In this document: positions 49,164-58,804 of the stretch, piece by piece
Layout of the letters: each line of letters begins with the position of its first letter
Position numbering within the stretch: position 1 is the first letter of the stretch
Assembly: GCA_041690295.1 (NCBI GenBank)
Contig: JAWLHR010000015.1
Coordinates: forward strand, 1 to 64,000
Direction: 5' to 3'
DNA from: Bdellovibrionales bacterium
GTDB taxonomy: Bacteria; Bdellovibrionota; Bdellovibrionia; Bdellovibrionales; UBA1609
DNA: 64,000 bases
Position numbers and translations under genes: made by a program
The notes under the pieces: model-generated
Told to the model about the DNA's origin: nothing
What the model saw: only the letters and a program-made list of their open reading frames with translations
The model's database searches: none

Positions 49164-50393
49164 CTAGCCCTCTATGCCGCGGTTGGCAATCCCCAGAATC
49201 GCCGAGAAAAGGCCGAAAAATACAGCTGAGATCCAAATGGTTTGAGGGGAGCCGATGAAGTCCGCCAAGTGACCCCAGGGCCAGCTCATCAGTGGGCCGA
49301 TCGATGTGAAATTAAGACCGATCACCGAACTCATCCGGCCGCGGTAGGTTTCTTCAACTTCGAGGTGCATGGATACGGTGAGCGAGGCGAAGGTGAGATA
49401 AAGTCCGAAACCGGCCAGAGACATGGCGGCCACGGTCCACCACAGGTCAGGTATCAATGGCAGTAGAATCAGCATGATAAAAACCAGGGGAATGCCGAAT
49501 CGTATGGCTCGAAACGGTTGCTTGGGTTGAATGACCGCAAAACTCAGAGCGCCGAACGTGGATCCTAGAGCGGGAAAGGTGAACACCGTACCGAACTGTG
49601 TTTGATTCAGGGAGAATTTCTGCTGCACATAAACGCGGAAAACCGAAACCATCAGCGGGTAAACGCAGGAGACCGTCAGAATGAGCTGTAAAATGCGATA
49701 GCGCAAAGTGGGGTGCCGGGCCATGTACCCAAGCCCGGCCAAAAGCCCCTGAAACGAACTTTGTTTCACCGTGGCCCGCGGCAGATCCTTGAGGTGAACT
49801 TTGGCTAAGACAAAAGTGACGCCAAGATAGGTCAATCCGTCGAACAAAAAGACCAGTGACGGTCCGTGAAGTGCCATGAGCCAGGCGGCGACAATGGGGC
49901 CAAGCATGCGCGACACGTGGAAATTGGTGGAGTTGATGGCGATGGCCTGCTGAAAGTCAGCGCGCGGCACCATTCGCACGATAACGGCCTGAAAAGCCGG
50001 CGAATCAAATGAGACCACAATGCCCTCGACCAAACCGAAAACCAATAAGTGCCAGATTTCCAGTTGGGAAAATTCAGTGAGCGCCGCCAGAGCCAGTGAA
50101 ATCACCGCCAGCAGGGATTTGGTCCACTGAATCAATCGCCGCACGTTCGCGCGATCGACGATCACACCCGCTTGCAAAATCAAAAACAGGCACGGCACGG
50201 CGATCATGGTGTTCAAGTTGCCGAGGGCGCCGCTACTTCCGGTCGCTTCCACGATAATCCAGGAGCGCGCCAGATCGTGGGACCAGGAACCGATCATGGA
50301 TAAGCTTTGCGCCACGAAAAATCGCCGAAAACTGGAATTACGGAAGGGCGCGAGTCGCGCTTTGAGTATTTCTCCCATGGACCTGGCCGGCAC
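49164..50393 (-). CDS. MFS transporter
   Basis: About 12 TM; 'GVIVDRANVRR' motif A; 'YRGRMSS'; alternative start at 50378. Confidence 0.88.
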   Translation of the reverse strand: MPARSMGEILKARLAPFRNSSFRRFFVAQSLSMIGSWSHDLARSWIIVEATGSSGALGNLNTMIAVPCLFLILQAGVIVDRANVRRLIQWTKSLLAVISLALAALTEFSQLEIWHLLVFGLVEGIVVSFDSPAFQAVIVRMVPRADFQQAIAINSTNFHVSRMLGPIVAAWLMALHGPSLVFLFDGLTYLGVTFVLAKVHLKDLPRATVKQSSFQGLLAGLGYMARHPTLRYRILQLILTVSCVYPLMVSVFRVYVQQKFSLNQTQFGTVFTFPALGSTFGALSFAVIQPKQPFRAIRFGIPLVFIMLILLPLIPDLWWTVAAMSLAGFGLYLTFASLTVSMHLEVEETYRGRMSSVIGLNFTSIGPLMSWPWGHLADFIGSPQTIWISAVFFGLFSAILGIANRGIEG

Positions 50394-50476
50394 TATAATC
50401 CCTTGATTTCGGATGTGTGACTGAATACTTTTGGGCCTTCAAATTGACGTTTCCGTCATACGAGGAGAAGCGCCAC

Positions 50477-51400
50477 ATGACGCCAAGAGTTAGAGAGATC
50501 TTAAGTTGGTATGGTTCGGACAATCCGGGAGTTTTAACCAATCTCGCCCGGATGTTAAATCACGGCACCTTGGCCGGAACCGGCAAGATGGTGATTCTGC
50601 CGGTGGACCAGGGATTCGAACATGGACCCGCGCGAAGTTTCGCGGTCAATCCCGATGCCTACGATCCGACTTATCATTATTCGCTGGCGATTGAAGCCGG
50701 TTGTAATGCCTATGCGGCCCCGCTTGGTTTTATCGAAGCCGCCGCTCGGGAATTCGCCGGTGAAATTCCGCTGATTCTCAAAGTCAACAATTCGGATTCG
50801 CTCTACAAACCCAAAGGCAATCCGGTCTCCGCGCTGACTTCCAGTGTGGAAGATGCGCTTCGTCTCGGCTGCTGCGCCATCGGTTTCACGATTTATCCGG
50901 GATCGAGCGAACGCAAACAACAGTACGAAGAAATCCGTGCGGCGGCGGCGGAAGCCAAAAAAGCCGGCTTGGCGGTGGTGATTTGGTCCTATGCCCGAGG
51001 TGAAGGGTTGTCGAAGGACGGTGAGACCGCGATCGACGTCATCGCTTACTGCGCGCAAATCGCCGCGCAACTCGGCGCGCACATCATCAAAGTGAAACCG
51101 CCCACACCGTACATCGAACAACCCGAAGCCGAGAAAGTGTATAAAGCGCAAAACATCAAAACCGAACGCCTGAGCGACCGCACCCGTCACGTGATCGAAT
51201 CGGCCTTCAACGGCCGTCGGATCGTGATTTTCAGCGGCGGCGAAGCCAAAGGTACGGAAGACGTTTTGAACGAGGTTAAAGAGCTCGCTCATGGCGGCGC
51301 GTTCGGCAGCATCATGGGCCGAAACGCGTTCCAGCGGCCGCGCAAGGAAGCCGTGGAGTTACTCAAGCAAGTCATGACGATTTACCGGGGCGATCTTTAA
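50477..51400 (+). CDS. fbaB: Class I fructose-bisphosphate aldolase
   Basis: ILPVDQGFEHGP, IGFTIYPGS, WSYARG, LGAHIIKVK, FSGG, GRNAFQR; GAGGAG RBS. Confidence 0.93.
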   Translation: MTPRVREILSWYGSDNPGVLTNLARMLNHGTLAGTGKMVILPVDQGFEHGPARSFAVNPDAYDPTYHYSLAIEAGCNAYAAPLGFIEAAAREFAGEIPLILKVNNSDSLYKPKGNPVSALTSSVEDALRLGCCAIGFTIYPGSSERKQQYEEIRAAAAEAKKAGLAVVIWSYARGEGLSKDGETAIDVIAYCAQIAAQLGAHIIKVKPPTPYIEQPEAEKVYKAQNIKTERLSDRTRHVIESAFNGRRIVIFSGGEAKGTEDVLNEVKELAHGGAFGSIMGRNAFQRPRKEAVELLKQVMTIYRGDL

Positions 51401-52870
51401 TTGGAACCTAGAGAAAATCCCTTACGGGCCGAAAAAAGGAGAAAGCTGACCGCTTTACGTGAATTGGGCTTGAATCCCTATCCGCATAACTTCAAGCCCA
51501 CTCACAAGGCGGCTGAAATTATCGAACGCCATTCGGGAATTCAGACCGGCGAGCAAGTGCCGGGAGAAATCCAGATGGCGGGCCGGTTGATGACCCGCCG
51601 GGATATGGGCAAGGCGGCGTTTTTCAATTTTCAGGATCAAACCGGAACTCTGCAGGGATATGTTCGTCTGGAAGAGCTTTCCGATACCGACCGTAAGTTC
51701 TTTGATCATGTCGACATTGGCGATTGGGTCGGCCTTCGCGGTTTTATTTTCAAGACCAAAAAAGGCGAGTTGTCGATCCACTGCAAGGGATTTCAGATTA
51801 TCAGCAAGAGCCTTGAGCCGTTGCCGGAGAAGTTCCACGGCTTAACCGACGTGGAGTTGAAGTACCGGCATCGGCACTTGGACCTGATTACCGATGTCGA
51901 ATCCCGCAAAGTTTTTGAAACGCGCTCGAAGATCATTCGCGAAGTTCGTCGCTTTCTGGATGAGCGTGGATTTCTCGAAGTGGAAACACCGGTTCTGCAA
52001 CCGATTTATGGTGGCGCCGCCGCTTATCCGTTTTCCACCCATCATCGCGCGCTGGACATGAAGCTCTTTTTAAAGATTTCGCCCGAGCTTTATCTCAAGC
52101 GCTTGATCGTTGGCGGTTTTGAAAAAGTGTACGAGATCGGGAAGAACTTCCGTAACGAAGGCATCGATCGTTCGCACAATCCGGAATTCACCATGCTCGA
52201 GTATTACGAGGCTTATACGGATTATAACGATCAGATGAAACAATTCGAGGAACTGGTCTCGCACGTGGTGAAAGCGGTCACGGGTGGTTACAAAGTGAAT
52301 TACCTCGATAAAGAACTTGATTTCACTCCCCCGTGGCGCCGCCTGACGGTTCTGGACGGAATTCGCGAATACGGGAAATTCGATCCCGAGAAAATGTCGG
52401 ATGCCGAACTTTTCGACAAGATCAAGTCCCTCGGTTCGGACATGAAGAAGCCCGAATCTCGTGGACAAATGATCATGGAAGCCTTTGAGCTCGTGGCCGA
52501 AAAACACCTGTGGCAGCCGACCTTCGTGGTCGATTTCCCGGTGGAAGTTTCGCCTTTGACCAAAACCCATCGTTCGAAGCCTGGACTGGTTGAACGGTTC
52601 GAGCCGATCGTGGCGAACATGGAATTCGGCAACGCTTATACCGAATTGAATGATCCGGAAGATCAAAGGCGCCGACTTGAAGAACAAGAGGCGCAGCGGG
52701 TGGTTGATGAAGAAGCGCAACCGATGGATGAAGACTTCCTTCACGCCATTGAAACCGGAATGCCGCCCACCGGAGGCGTCGGTTTGGGGATTGATCGTTT
52801 GGTCATGATCCTCACCAATCGGCCGTCGATCCGCGACATCATTCTGTTCCCCACGATGAGGTTTAAATAA
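51401..52870 (+). CDS. lysS: Lysine--tRNA ligase (class II)
   Basis: PLPEKFHGL, EVETP, FRNEGID..HNPEFTMLE, GMPPTGGVGLGIDRL. Confidence 0.98.
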   Translation: MEPRENPLRAEKRRKLTALRELGLNPYPHNFKPTHKAAEIIERHSGIQTGEQVPGEIQMAGRLMTRRDMGKAAFFNFQDQTGTLQGYVRLEELSDTDRKFFDHVDIGDWVGLRGFIFKTKKGELSIHCKGFQIISKSLEPLPEKFHGLTDVELKYRHRHLDLITDVESRKVFETRSKIIREVRRFLDERGFLEVETPVLQPIYGGAAAYPFSTHHRALDMKLFLKISPELYLKRLIVGGFEKVYEIGKNFRNEGIDRSHNPEFTMLEYYEAYTDYNDQMKQFEELVSHVVKAVTGGYKVNYLDKELDFTPPWRRLTVLDGIREYGKFDPEKMSDAELFDKIKSLGSDMKKPESRGQMIMEAFELVAEKHLWQPTFVVDFPVEVSPLTKTHRSKPGLVERFEPIVANMEFGNAYTELNDPEDQRRRLEEQEAQRVVDEEAQPMDEDFLHAIETGMPPTGGVGLGIDRLVMILTNRPSIRDIILFPTMRFK

Positions 52871-53713
52871 GTGATCGCTCGGAACCTCTGTTTGGTTCTT
52901 GTCTTCGGTGTCACCGCCTGCCAAATGAAGCCCACCAAGGTGACCACGAGAATTCAACGGCCGTTCACTTTAATCACCGATAAAAGCCGGCGACCGATCG
53001 TTCTCACCGAGAACACGGTGATTTTGGACGCGAGATCCGCCTTTGATTATGGGCTGAACCGCGTGGAAGGCTCCCTGCATTTTCCCTGGGATTCGATCGC
53101 CGAGCCCACGGGCGAGCTGCTGCGTGACCGGCGAAAACTCTCCCAGCGTTTGGCCCTCTTAGGGATTACTCCCACAAAGCCCGTCGTTGTTGTTGGTTAT
53201 GGACGAGCGGGCGGCGGTGAGGAAGGCCGCCTGGCGTGGACACTGGTTCATCTCGGCTTTAGCGATGTGCAAGTGGCGTCGACCGAATATTTTCGGAAAC
53301 ACCTCACCCAGAATCCCACGCCGCAGCCGATGAATGTGGACCCGATCGAATTTGAATTCAATCAAGCGATGCTCGTGGATGAAAGCGAGTTCAATAAAAT
53401 CGCCGCCGATCCCAAGGATCGGTTGGATAAACGTATTTTTCTGATCGATGTGCGAAGCCAGAAGGAATATTTTAATCGCGACAAAAACGTGAAAGCGCGG
53501 CCGGACGTTCAGGCTCTGCACATCGAGTGGAAAGAATTTTTCTCCGCCAAAGACGGCCGCCCGAATGGGGAATTGAAAAAACGCTTAAAGAGCCTGGGTA
53601 TTTCCGATTCCGATCGGATCATTGTTTTCAGTAATCGCGGAGCCCGCGCCGCCGCCGCAGCCTTTGCTTTGATTTCGTTGGGCTTTCATCGAACTCAGAT
53701 TCCCAGCCTTTAG
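52871..53713 (+). CDS. Tandem rhodanese-domain lipoprotein, catalytic Cys apparently absent
   Basis: VTAC lipobox; ILDARS, LIDVRS..EY, HIEW; active-site loop reads FSNRGARA. Confidence 0.75.
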   Translation: MIARNLCLVLVFGVTACQMKPTKVTTRIQRPFTLITDKSRRPIVLTENTVILDARSAFDYGLNRVEGSLHFPWDSIAEPTGELLRDRRKLSQRLALLGITPTKPVVVVGYGRAGGGEEGRLAWTLVHLGFSDVQVASTEYFRKHLTQNPTPQPMNVDPIEFEFNQAMLVDESEFNKIAADPKDRLDKRIFLIDVRSQKEYFNRDKNVKARPDVQALHIEWKEFFSAKDGRPNGELKKRLKSLGISDSDRIIVFSNRGARAAAAAFALISLGFHRTQIPSL

Positions 53714-53733
53714 TCGGGAGTCGCGGCGAGTCT

Positions 53734-53749
53734 TGTGGCTAAATTCACA
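53734..53749. promoter_or_regulatory. CRP-family-like box upstream of the pilin-like cluster
   Basis: TGTGG-CTAAAT-TCACA (9 of 10 consensus positions), followed by TTGAGT-N17-CAAAAT. Confidence 0.45.
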
Positions 53750-53802
53750 GTTCAAGAAGTTGTGAGTTGAGTCCCTTCGGATGGCTGCTCAAAATAATAT
53801 AG

Positions 53803-56322
53803 ATGCGAGCAAAAGTTGCGGATCCGAATCGAAGATTCAACGGGGGAATTCGGAATCAGCGCGGTAACCTGCCGATCATATTGAGTTCTTTAATGGGCGC
53901 GGTTGTGATTTTGTTCGCTGGAATCAATAATCTCGCCCATATAACTCGCGATCTGAACCGCCGGACCAGTATTCAACAAAGCTATCAAGCCGCTTTGAAC
54001 AGTGTTCTGAATTATGTTCGATCGGCTCTTAAGATGCGATGGTGTTTCAGGCCCGACTTCGATCAAGACAGTCCAGCTCAATGTCATTTGGCGCATCCCC
54101 GGTCCACCGAGCGATTGCTGGTGACCACCGATCAGATGGCTTATTTCGATGCGATGAAAGCGATCGATCCTTCCATGCCGCTGGGAAACCCGATCCGCTT
54201 GGACCGGATTCACGGCGTGCTCAAGGTGAGCGACCTTCCCGATGCGCACCCGCTTAAACCCATGTTTTCAACCGTTGAACTTACCGCGATCGAATCCATT
54301 GAAATCGATATTCAGCGGGATGAGACCGCTAACAGCGAAGCGGCGGGAACGGAAACCCACTTGCGAGTTTCCGTGACATTCAAGCCCGCGGATGGCCAAG
54401 CCTTCGCTGATGGTCGCACGATTCTCAAGGCCACTGACCAACTCGCCGTGTACCCCCGCGAACTCAGCATTTTTGGGCTGATCGTGCCGGGCGATTTGAT
54501 TTTGGATGGATCGGGCGCGCAGGCCGGAGATGTTTCGATTCCGAACGTGCAAGGTCGGGGTTTGGTGTTTTCCAGTCCCGTTTTTGTCAATCGCAATTTG
54601 CGCTTGCCCGAAGGTCCGCTAAGAGGCGTTCATTTCGGTGATCAGATTGTGATGGGGCGGGGAATTGTGTTTCAGGGCGGTCGGCCCGCGGGCACGACGC
54701 TCAAGGGATCGGTTGAAGATCGCACCTACGCGGCACTTGGGTTGCAGAGGGGAATCAAGATCGATGGCGAGTTGGATATGGGACTCGAGGTTTTCTCGGG
54801 CCGGTCTCCGAGTGAACAATTGGACACTCAGAATTTTCAAAGTTGTTTGAAAGTGAACGCGGCTCGGTTCGAACTTGAAGCCACCAAAGACGCGACGCTG
54901 TTAGTGAAAAGTTTAAGTGAAGGACAATTCCGTTTGGCGTGGAGTCACATGGACTACTTCGAGCCGCAAAACGTGAAGGCGTCGGCCAGCGCGAGCGGGA
55001 ACTTCTTGAAGCAGCCGAAGTTGGACGCGAAAGGTAACGATAAACCCATCGTGCGGGTGTTGGTGAAGTACGATATTGGACCCACGGTGACCGCCTACAT
55101 GGCCCGAGGGAACACGCTTACGATTTCACAACCCAACATTTCCTTCGGTAAAGGCAACCAAGGGCAAGGCAACCAAGGTCAGGGAAATCAGGGACAGGGT
55201 AATCAAGGGCAGGGCAATCAAGGCCAAGGCCAGGGTAATCAAGGTCAAGGTAACCAGGGTGATGATGAAGCCAAGGAGGCCGAGAAGCAGTTCAAGGAGA
55301 ACGCCGGCGAATTGATCATTCAATTAAAAGAAGTGGTTGAGAATGGAAACGCACAGTCCAATCAAGCCGATTTGGAAATTGAACTGAAGAACAGGGATTT
55401 TTTCGCCTCGGCCGTCACGGTTGAAGTGATGGGATATGATATCGGCTACATGAACGCGAGCCAACTGCGGGCCGCCCCTGTCACCTTGGGGAAGTTCGCT
55501 AATGTGGCCACGCTACGCTATGGCATCACGATGGGAAAATTCTTCGGTAGTGTCTCCCTTGAACTGTCTTATCCAAATACCTTCACCCGTGCCGACCGGG
55601 CGAATCCAGGTCCGGAGGATCTGGAGGTCAACACCGATTGGGAAGGCCTCTCCCAAAAATGCGACGCCGATGAAACGGATCAGGGATATGCGTTCCAGCC
55701 GGTCAACTGGAGCGGTGCCTTCACCGGGTCCACCCGGTTCTCCTGGTCGGTGCGCGAGCCCGCCGCCCTGCCCACGGGATTTCTCTTGGATCAGAACAAC
55801 GCCCGCTCGCAAGGCGCGGTGAAACCCCAGTTTCATGTGCGCTCCATCGAACCCCGGTGCACGGTCCAATCGAGCGCCAATTTCGTCGCCGGATTTTTTG
55901 TTTGTGATCAATTCATCATTCAACCCCGCACACAACCCCTGCGCATCACGGGCACGGTGATCGCCAAACAAATGTTCATCGACGCCAGCGCGATTCGCGC
56001 GGGAATCCGCTGGTCCAATATTTATGATCCCGCGGCGGTTTTGGATCTGCGCCAGGCGGGCATTCTGGCGTCCAGATTTTCGGCCAATGCGCCGAGCTGC
56101 AATCCCACGTTCGATAATCCCTTGTGGCATCCCGTGGCCACCATCGCCATGCGGGATGACCGGTACAGCTGCAACTCCGTTTCCTTGCGCGATCAATTCG
56201 ACAATATCCGATGGACGACCGTGGATCCCGACTGCGGTTTAATCTCCGGCGCTTACACCACCACCTGTAAACGTCGGGCGAATCGCTATGTGATTAAGGA
56301 GCTGGAACGGTACTATGAATGA
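53803..56322 (+). CDS. Large pilin-like (PilX-like N-terminus) protein with an internal GNQGQ repeat
   Basis: RNQRG followed by a hydrophobic helix; beta-rich, Cys-containing C-terminus; first gene of a prepilin cluster. Confidence 0.6.
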   Translation: MRAKVADPNRRFNGGIRNQRGNLPIILSSLMGAVVILFAGINNLAHITRDLNRRTSIQQSYQAALNSVLNYVRSALKMRWCFRPDFDQDSPAQCHLAHPRSTERLLVTTDQMAYFDAMKAIDPSMPLGNPIRLDRIHGVLKVSDLPDAHPLKPMFSTVELTAIESIEIDIQRDETANSEAAGTETHLRVSVTFKPADGQAFADGRTILKATDQLAVYPRELSIFGLIVPGDLILDGSGAQAGDVSIPNVQGRGLVFSSPVFVNRNLRLPEGPLRGVHFGDQIVMGRGIVFQGGRPAGTTLKGSVEDRTYAALGLQRGIKIDGELDMGLEVFSGRSPSEQLDTQNFQSCLKVNAARFELEATKDATLLVKSLSEGQFRLAWSHMDYFEPQNVKASASASGNFLKQPKLDAKGNDKPIVRVLVKYDIGPTVTAYMARGNTLTISQPNISFGKGNQGQGNQGQGNQGQGNQGQGNQGQGQGNQGQGNQGDDEAKEAEKQFKENAGELIIQLKEVVENGNAQSNQADLEIELKNRDFFASAVTVEVMGYDIGYMNASQLRAAPVTLGKFANVATLRYGITMGKFFGSVSLELSYPNTFTRADRANPGPEDLEVNTDWEGLSQKCDADETDQGYAFQPVNWSGAFTGSTRFSWSVREPAALPTGFLLDQNNARSQGAVKPQFHVRSIEPRCTVQSSANFVAGFFVCDQFIIQPRTQPLRITGTVIAKQMFIDASAIRAGIRWSNIYDPAAVLDLRQAGILASRFSANAPSCNPTFDNPLWHPVATIAMRDDRYSCNSVSLRDQFDNIRWTTVDPDCGLISGAYTTTCKRRANRYVIKELERYYE
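55153..55260 (+). repeat. Coding tandem repeat (GNQGQ) x about 7
   Basis: 108 nt encoding (GNQGQ)5-GQ-GNQGQ-GNQG with varied synonymous codons. Confidence 0.95.
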
Positions 56323-56752
56323 TCAAAAAGGTTTCACCTTGGTCGGCGTTTTAATCGCCAGCGTGATTATCTGCACGATCGCCTTCGGTGCGACCGAACT
56401 CATTCGCGTCAACGCGGCATTGTTGGCCAAAACCAAACAGCAGCGTGAAATGGCCCGGGTGATCGGCAATGTCCTTAACCACGTGATTGAAAATCTCGCG
56501 AGCCTTCAGCGCACGTTCGAGACCTCGGTTTCGACTCGCGAAGCGTTGTTGCGCGAAGACCGGCTGCCGTTCGCCTGGGACCAGTCCAGCGTGGTTCCCG
56601 CCGAACAATGTCCCACCTGTCCGGGACGGATGGGCTACATCATTGAACCGCTTCCGGGCCGACCCAGTTTCAGCCGGCTCACGATTCGCATCACCAACGC
56701 GTATTTGTTTCAGGGATACAGGGATTATGTGTACATCCTCGCCGACGATTAA
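56315..56752 (+). CDS. Prepilin-type protein (PilV/GspI-like size)
   Basis: QKG|FTLVGVLIA cleavage motif with Gly instead of Glu at +5. Confidence 0.75.
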   Translation: MNDQKGFTLVGVLIASVIICTIAFGATELIRVNAALLAKTKQQREMARVIGNVLNHVIENLASLQRTFETSVSTREALLREDRLPFAWDQSSVVPAEQCPTCPGRMGYIIEPLPGRPSFSRLTIRITNAYLFQGYRDYVYILADD

Positions 56753-57707
56753 AAACCGCAACGGATGGACGATCATGGAGATCGTCATCGCCACGGCCAT
56801 TTTTTGTGGGATCGTGTTCTTGACCATGTCGGTGAACATGATGGTTCAGAAAAACGCCGCGCGGTTGAGCAAAGGAGTGGACGCGCAGCTTGATCTGGCG
56901 CTTTTGGATCGTGATTTATCCGCCGATCTGGATAGCATCACGCCCTCACTGGGCAACTTGAAAGTGAAGGATCTCAACGGCAACGACTTTTTTGAGTACT
57001 TCGGCGGACCAACCTCACCCAACTCCCCCAACGCTAATCGCGAAACCGTCCTTGAGCTGAGCGCGACGGGGACAATGGTTTTTGAATTCATCATGGAACT
57101 CGCGACGGCGGGTTCAGCCCGGAATTTTGCGCCGGCGCAAGCTTACTCTTACGCGCTCAATCCGGGAAGCCTGATCACGCCGGCGAGCTTGTCTTATAAC
57201 GGGGTCAACGCGAAAAGCTTTTTCACCAACCATTTTTCCAACCATTGGGAGGCCAAGGGGCATTTCCTTTTGTATTCGCCGGGCCTGGTTCCGGATCTCG
57301 CCTCGGGGAAACCCATCGAAGACGCGCCCTCTCGTTTCTACTCCATTCTTGGGATCAGCACGGGAACGGACCTCACGCCCGATACGTTGAGCGGCCTTTT
57401 CAACGACTCTCATCCCACCATCACCGGGAAAACAATCAGATCCATTGACGAATACCTTCGGTTTCTTCCGGCCCTTGGCGGAGCCATGACCCAAGTGGTG
57501 GTCGTTCCCGTCCAAGTGGTGAGGTATCGCTTCGAACCTGATCAAAGCGGAGTCACGGGACGTCTGTTTCGAGGTGTGCGATCGGCCAACGGTTATGAGC
57601 AGGAACGGCTGATCGGGGCCAACATAAGACAGGTCCGGTTCCGCAGGCCTCGCGTGAGTTCGCGTCGACTCGAATTTCAAATCCAACTAGGGGGAGCTAC
57701 AAATTGA
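56727..57707 (+). CDS. Prepilin-type protein (PilW/GspJ-like size)
   Basis: RNG|WTIMEIVIA with Glu+5; C-terminal 'VRYRF...LFRG' pattern. Confidence 0.75.
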   Translation: MCTSSPTIKNRNGWTIMEIVIATAIFCGIVFLTMSVNMMVQKNAARLSKGVDAQLDLALLDRDLSADLDSITPSLGNLKVKDLNGNDFFEYFGGPTSPNSPNANRETVLELSATGTMVFEFIMELATAGSARNFAPAQAYSYALNPGSLITPASLSYNGVNAKSFFTNHFSNHWEAKGHFLLYSPGLVPDLASGKPIEDAPSRFYSILGISTGTDLTPDTLSGLFNDSHPTITGKTIRSIDEYLRFLPALGGAMTQVVVVPVQVVRYRFEPDQSGVTGRLFRGVRSANGYEQERLIGANIRQVRFRRPRVSSRRLEFQIQLGGATN

Positions 57708-58804
57708 AAGCCTTATTATTTTTCTTCGTACTTCCCGCCTTCGCGGGACAACCCGTTTCCATCACTTCAAAAGATCTTCTCATGTTGAACGACGTCAGCT
57801 TCTCGGGTCAGCCTATCGATAGTGACGCCTTTTCCATCGACATGAAGGTTTCGTGCTTCGGCACGAACCTACGGGCGGTTTCCAATCCACTGGTTCTGAG
57901 TTCGAACGTGAAAACGACACTTGTCCTGGCCAAGAAAGACGGATCGACGGGGCAGGTGAATTTTCAGTGGAAAGCGGTCGCGGTTCGCGACGGCGTCCAA
58001 CCGGCCGAGTCCGTCGCGGTCACCGTGAGCCCGCCGGGATTCCTAGGTAGCGCGGTCGGGGCGGCCCAAGGGAATTCAATCGTATTGGCCTTCGGCCAGA
58101 GTGCGGGCATTCAGTCGCTGAAGAAGGCGACGTTCGAACAAATTCCCGTTCCTCCGCAAGCCGGTTCAAAGCCGCTGGTGATCGGAAAAGAGGGGCCGCT
58201 TAAAGCCAATCTCACGTACAATTTCAGCGCGAGCGGACGAACGCTCTATATCGCGGCCTCATTCCCCGGCGCGATTGGTTCGTGCGATGGAGCCTTTTAT
58301 TCGCCCCTCATGGTGTTCTTCAGTTCGAAGAGGCCGCAACTTGGAGCCAAGGTCGAGTTTCCTCTGCATCCGCACGAGAAGAAATTCTACTGGCCGGAAG
58401 GATCACCGGATTGGGCGTTCCTGGTCTTGGACCGCAACGGTAACGGCAAAATCGATTCCGGTGAGGAGATGTTCGGAGAAAGCAATCGGTTCAAAAACGG
58501 CTTTGAGGCCCTGAAGGAGTTCGATATGAACAAGGACGGAAAGATCGACAAGAAAGACGCCGTGTTTTCCAAGCTCCGGCTTTGGTTCGATCGAAACGCC
58601 AACGGCAAGACCGACTCCGGCGAGTTGGTGCCGCTTGAGGAAAAGACGATCGTCGAAATTGATTTGAAATATTCCAAATCCAAAGAAAGCTACCTCGGAA
58701 AACGGGGCGAGTTGCGCGAACACTCGACGGTCAAGCTGGCGTCGGGCCAAGCGGATATCGTGGACGTTTGGTTAGGGTCCGTTAAAGAAAAGGGGGAGAA
58801 ATGA
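57704..58804 (+). CDS. Secreted protein with calcium-binding DxNxxGxxD loops
   Basis: Signal peptide (AFA); DRNGNGKID, DMNKDGKID, DRNANGKTD. Confidence 0.75.
   Translation: MKALLFFFVLPAFAGQPVSITSKDLLMLNDVSFSGQPIDSDAFSIDMKVSCFGTNLRAVSNPLVLSSNVKTTLVLAKKDGSTGQVNFQWKAVAVRDGVQPAESVAVTVSPPGFLGSAVGAAQGNSIVLAFGQSAGIQSLKKATFEQIPVPPQAGSKPLVIGKEGPLKANLTYNFSASGRTLYIAASFPGAIGSCDGAFYSPLMVFFSSKRPQLGAKVEFPLHPHEKKFYWPEGSPDWAFLVLDRNGNGKIDSGEEMFGESNRFKNGFEALKEFDMNKDGKIDKKDAVFSKLRLWFDRNANGKTDSGELVPLEEKTIVEIDLKYSKSKESYLGKRGELREHSTVKLASGQADIVDVWLGSVKEKGEK

Noticed and set aside
52070..52957. Long antisense ORFs (e.g. opposite lysS, fbaB, secF, recG and the giant genes)
   Set aside because: Shadow frames of well-supported genes in GC-rich DNA, with no recognisable motifs.
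55153..55260. CRISPR-like or DNA-level repeat array
   Set aside because: The 15-nt units are in frame, differ at synonymous positions and have no spacers; no cas genes are present.
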